Positions 61,796 through 64,000 of a stretch of 64,000 nucleotides of DNA are shown here, in pieces. Source of the stretch: Eledone cirrhosa. Lineage: Eukaryota. The DNA lies in contig OZ024751.1 in the NCBI GenBank assembly GCA_964016885.1, positions 12,524,001-12,588,000 on the forward strand, read 5' to 3'. Below the pieces are notes generated by a model. The model had not been told where the DNA came from. It saw only the letters and a program-made list of their open reading frames with translations, and ran no database searches. The position numbers and the translations under genes are program-made. Every line of letters starts with the position of its first letter. The first letter of the stretch is position 1.

Positions 61796-62554
61796 GTATG
61801 TCTATATATATATATATATGTATGTATGTATGTCTATATATATATATATATGTATGTATGTATGTCTATATATATATATATATGTATGTATATATGTCTA
61901 TATATATATATATGTATGTATATATGTCTATATATATATATATATGTATGTATATATGTCTATATATATATATATATGTATGTATATATGTCTATATATA
62001 TATATTTGTATGTATATGTATGTATATATGTCTATATATATATTTGTATGTATATGTATGTATATGTATATATATATATTTGTATATAATATGTGTATAT
62101 GTATATTTGTATATATATGTGTAGATATCGGTATATATATGTATATATTTGTATATATATGTATATATTTGTATATATATGTATATATATGTATATATTT
62201 GTATATATATGTATATATATATATATGTATATATATTTGTGTATATATATGTATATATTTGTGTATATACATGTATACATTTGTATATACATGTATACAT
62301 TTGTATATATATGTATATTTTTGTATATATATGTATATATATTTGTGTATATATGTATATATATTTGTATATATATATATGTATATATTTGTATATATAT
62401 GTATATATTTGTATATATATCTATATATATGTATCTATATATATATTTTTAAATATATGTATATATGTATATATTTGTATATATACATATATATACAAAT
62501 ATATACATATATATATAAATATATATATATATAAATATATATAGAAATATATAC

Positions 62555-62586
<32 letters not shown>

Positions 62587-62801
62587 GTATATACATATAT
62601 ATATGTATATATATATATATATTTGTATATATATATATATTTGTATATATATATATATATATATATTTGTATATATATGTATATATATATATTTGTGTAT
62701 ATATATATATTTGTATATATATATATATATTTGTATATATATGTATATATATATATTTGTATATATATGTATATATATATTTGTATATATATATTTGTAT
62801 A

Positions 62802-62834
<33 letters not shown>

Positions 62835-63300
62835 GTCTGTATATATATGTGTATATATATATATATATATTTGTATATATATGTTTATATATATATTTGT
62901 ATATATATGTATATATATTTTGGTATATATATGTATATATATATATATATGTATATATATGTATTTATATATATATGTATAAATTTATTTGTATATATAT
63001 GAATAAATATATTTGTATATATATGTATATATATATTTGTATATATATATATGTATATATATATGTGTATATATATGTATATATATGTATATATATATTT
63101 GTATATATATGTATATATATATTTGTAAATGTATATATATATTTGTATATATATGTATATATATGTATATATATGTATATATATATTTGTAAATGTATAT
63201 ATATATTTGTATATATATATGTATATATATGTATATATATGTATATATATATTATGGGTATATATATTTGTATATATATTTGTATATATATTTATATGTG
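61277..63300. repeat. (TA)n/(TATG)n microsatellite field
   Basis: Direct inspection. Confidence 0.95.
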
Positions 63301-64000
63301 TGTGGCTGTCTTTGGATGTGTATATATATGTGTGATTATCTATTTTCTATGGTATGTAAGATTGTATTTACGAGTGACTTTGACTTTGTGAATTTGTGAA
63401 TACGTATCTGCGTGTGAAATTTTAATGTTGAGTTGCGTTTGTTGTGTGTCTATCTTTTTGTAGTTAATTACTGAGGTAAAAAAAAAAAAAATCAAATGTG
63501 ATTGCATTTAATGACTTTTAATTGCATTAATTTAATATCAGAAATGATCTCTGAGCCAGACGTCTAGGCTAGAAATCAGAAAAAAACTTTGCTTTATTGA
63601 GTTAAGGAAAAAAGATCAAGTCATAATAAACATTGTCTTTATAGCATTTTCTTTATTTTATATTTTGTTATGTTTTCTTTTTTTTTCTTTTTTTTTTTTC
63701 ATTTAATTTTCCAGTTTTTTTTTTGTTTTTTTTATCGAAACATGATCTTATCTTTGGTGTCATCTTTAAATACGTCATTTTAATTTATATATTTTATTAA
63801 TAAATGTGCAGCAAGTTACCATAAATGCTAGCAAAACTCTATATTTAATAGTTTGATATTTTCAGTCGAGTCTGAGTACATTTGAGTTCGATGTTTCCTT
63901 AAATTAATTGGAATTAATCTGTTCAGTTCTTCACCATCAATTAATTTACCATAAATTAATTTACTTGAAATATACAAGACGTGGTAAATTCTGTACGTTC

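Overview
Eukaryotic, AT-rich, repeat-saturated window with no supportable host protein-coding gene. The very long (TA)n/(CA)n microsatellites and the SINE families suggest an octopod cephalopod (inference). Nearly all listed ORFs are artefacts of simple repeats. Real coding remnants are all transposon-derived: a near full-length single-ORF RTE-type LINE (57370-60692, minus, 5 in-frame stops), 3' fragments of CR1, L1/Tx1 and RTE/RTEX LINEs, and a non-autonomous Helitron with a PIF1 helicase C-terminus. There are also many tRNA-derived SINEs and hAT/Tc1/pogo MITEs. The most striking unexplained structure is a dense population (>20 insertions, several unrelated sequence families) of short non-coding elements inserted into (TA)n. 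They carry minimal hammerhead-ribozyme (HHR) cores (CUGAnGA..stem II..GAAA..short, often palindromic stem III..NUH), are often arranged as near-perfect 110-340 bp palindromes, and share a GAGTRCT-like motif about 40-70 nt from their 3' end. They look like Penelope-like pseudo-LTR / retrozyme derivatives. In several, the palindrome axis falls on a ribozyme helix, suggesting fold-back priming during reverse transcription. All calls were made by eye; coordinates may be off by a few bases.
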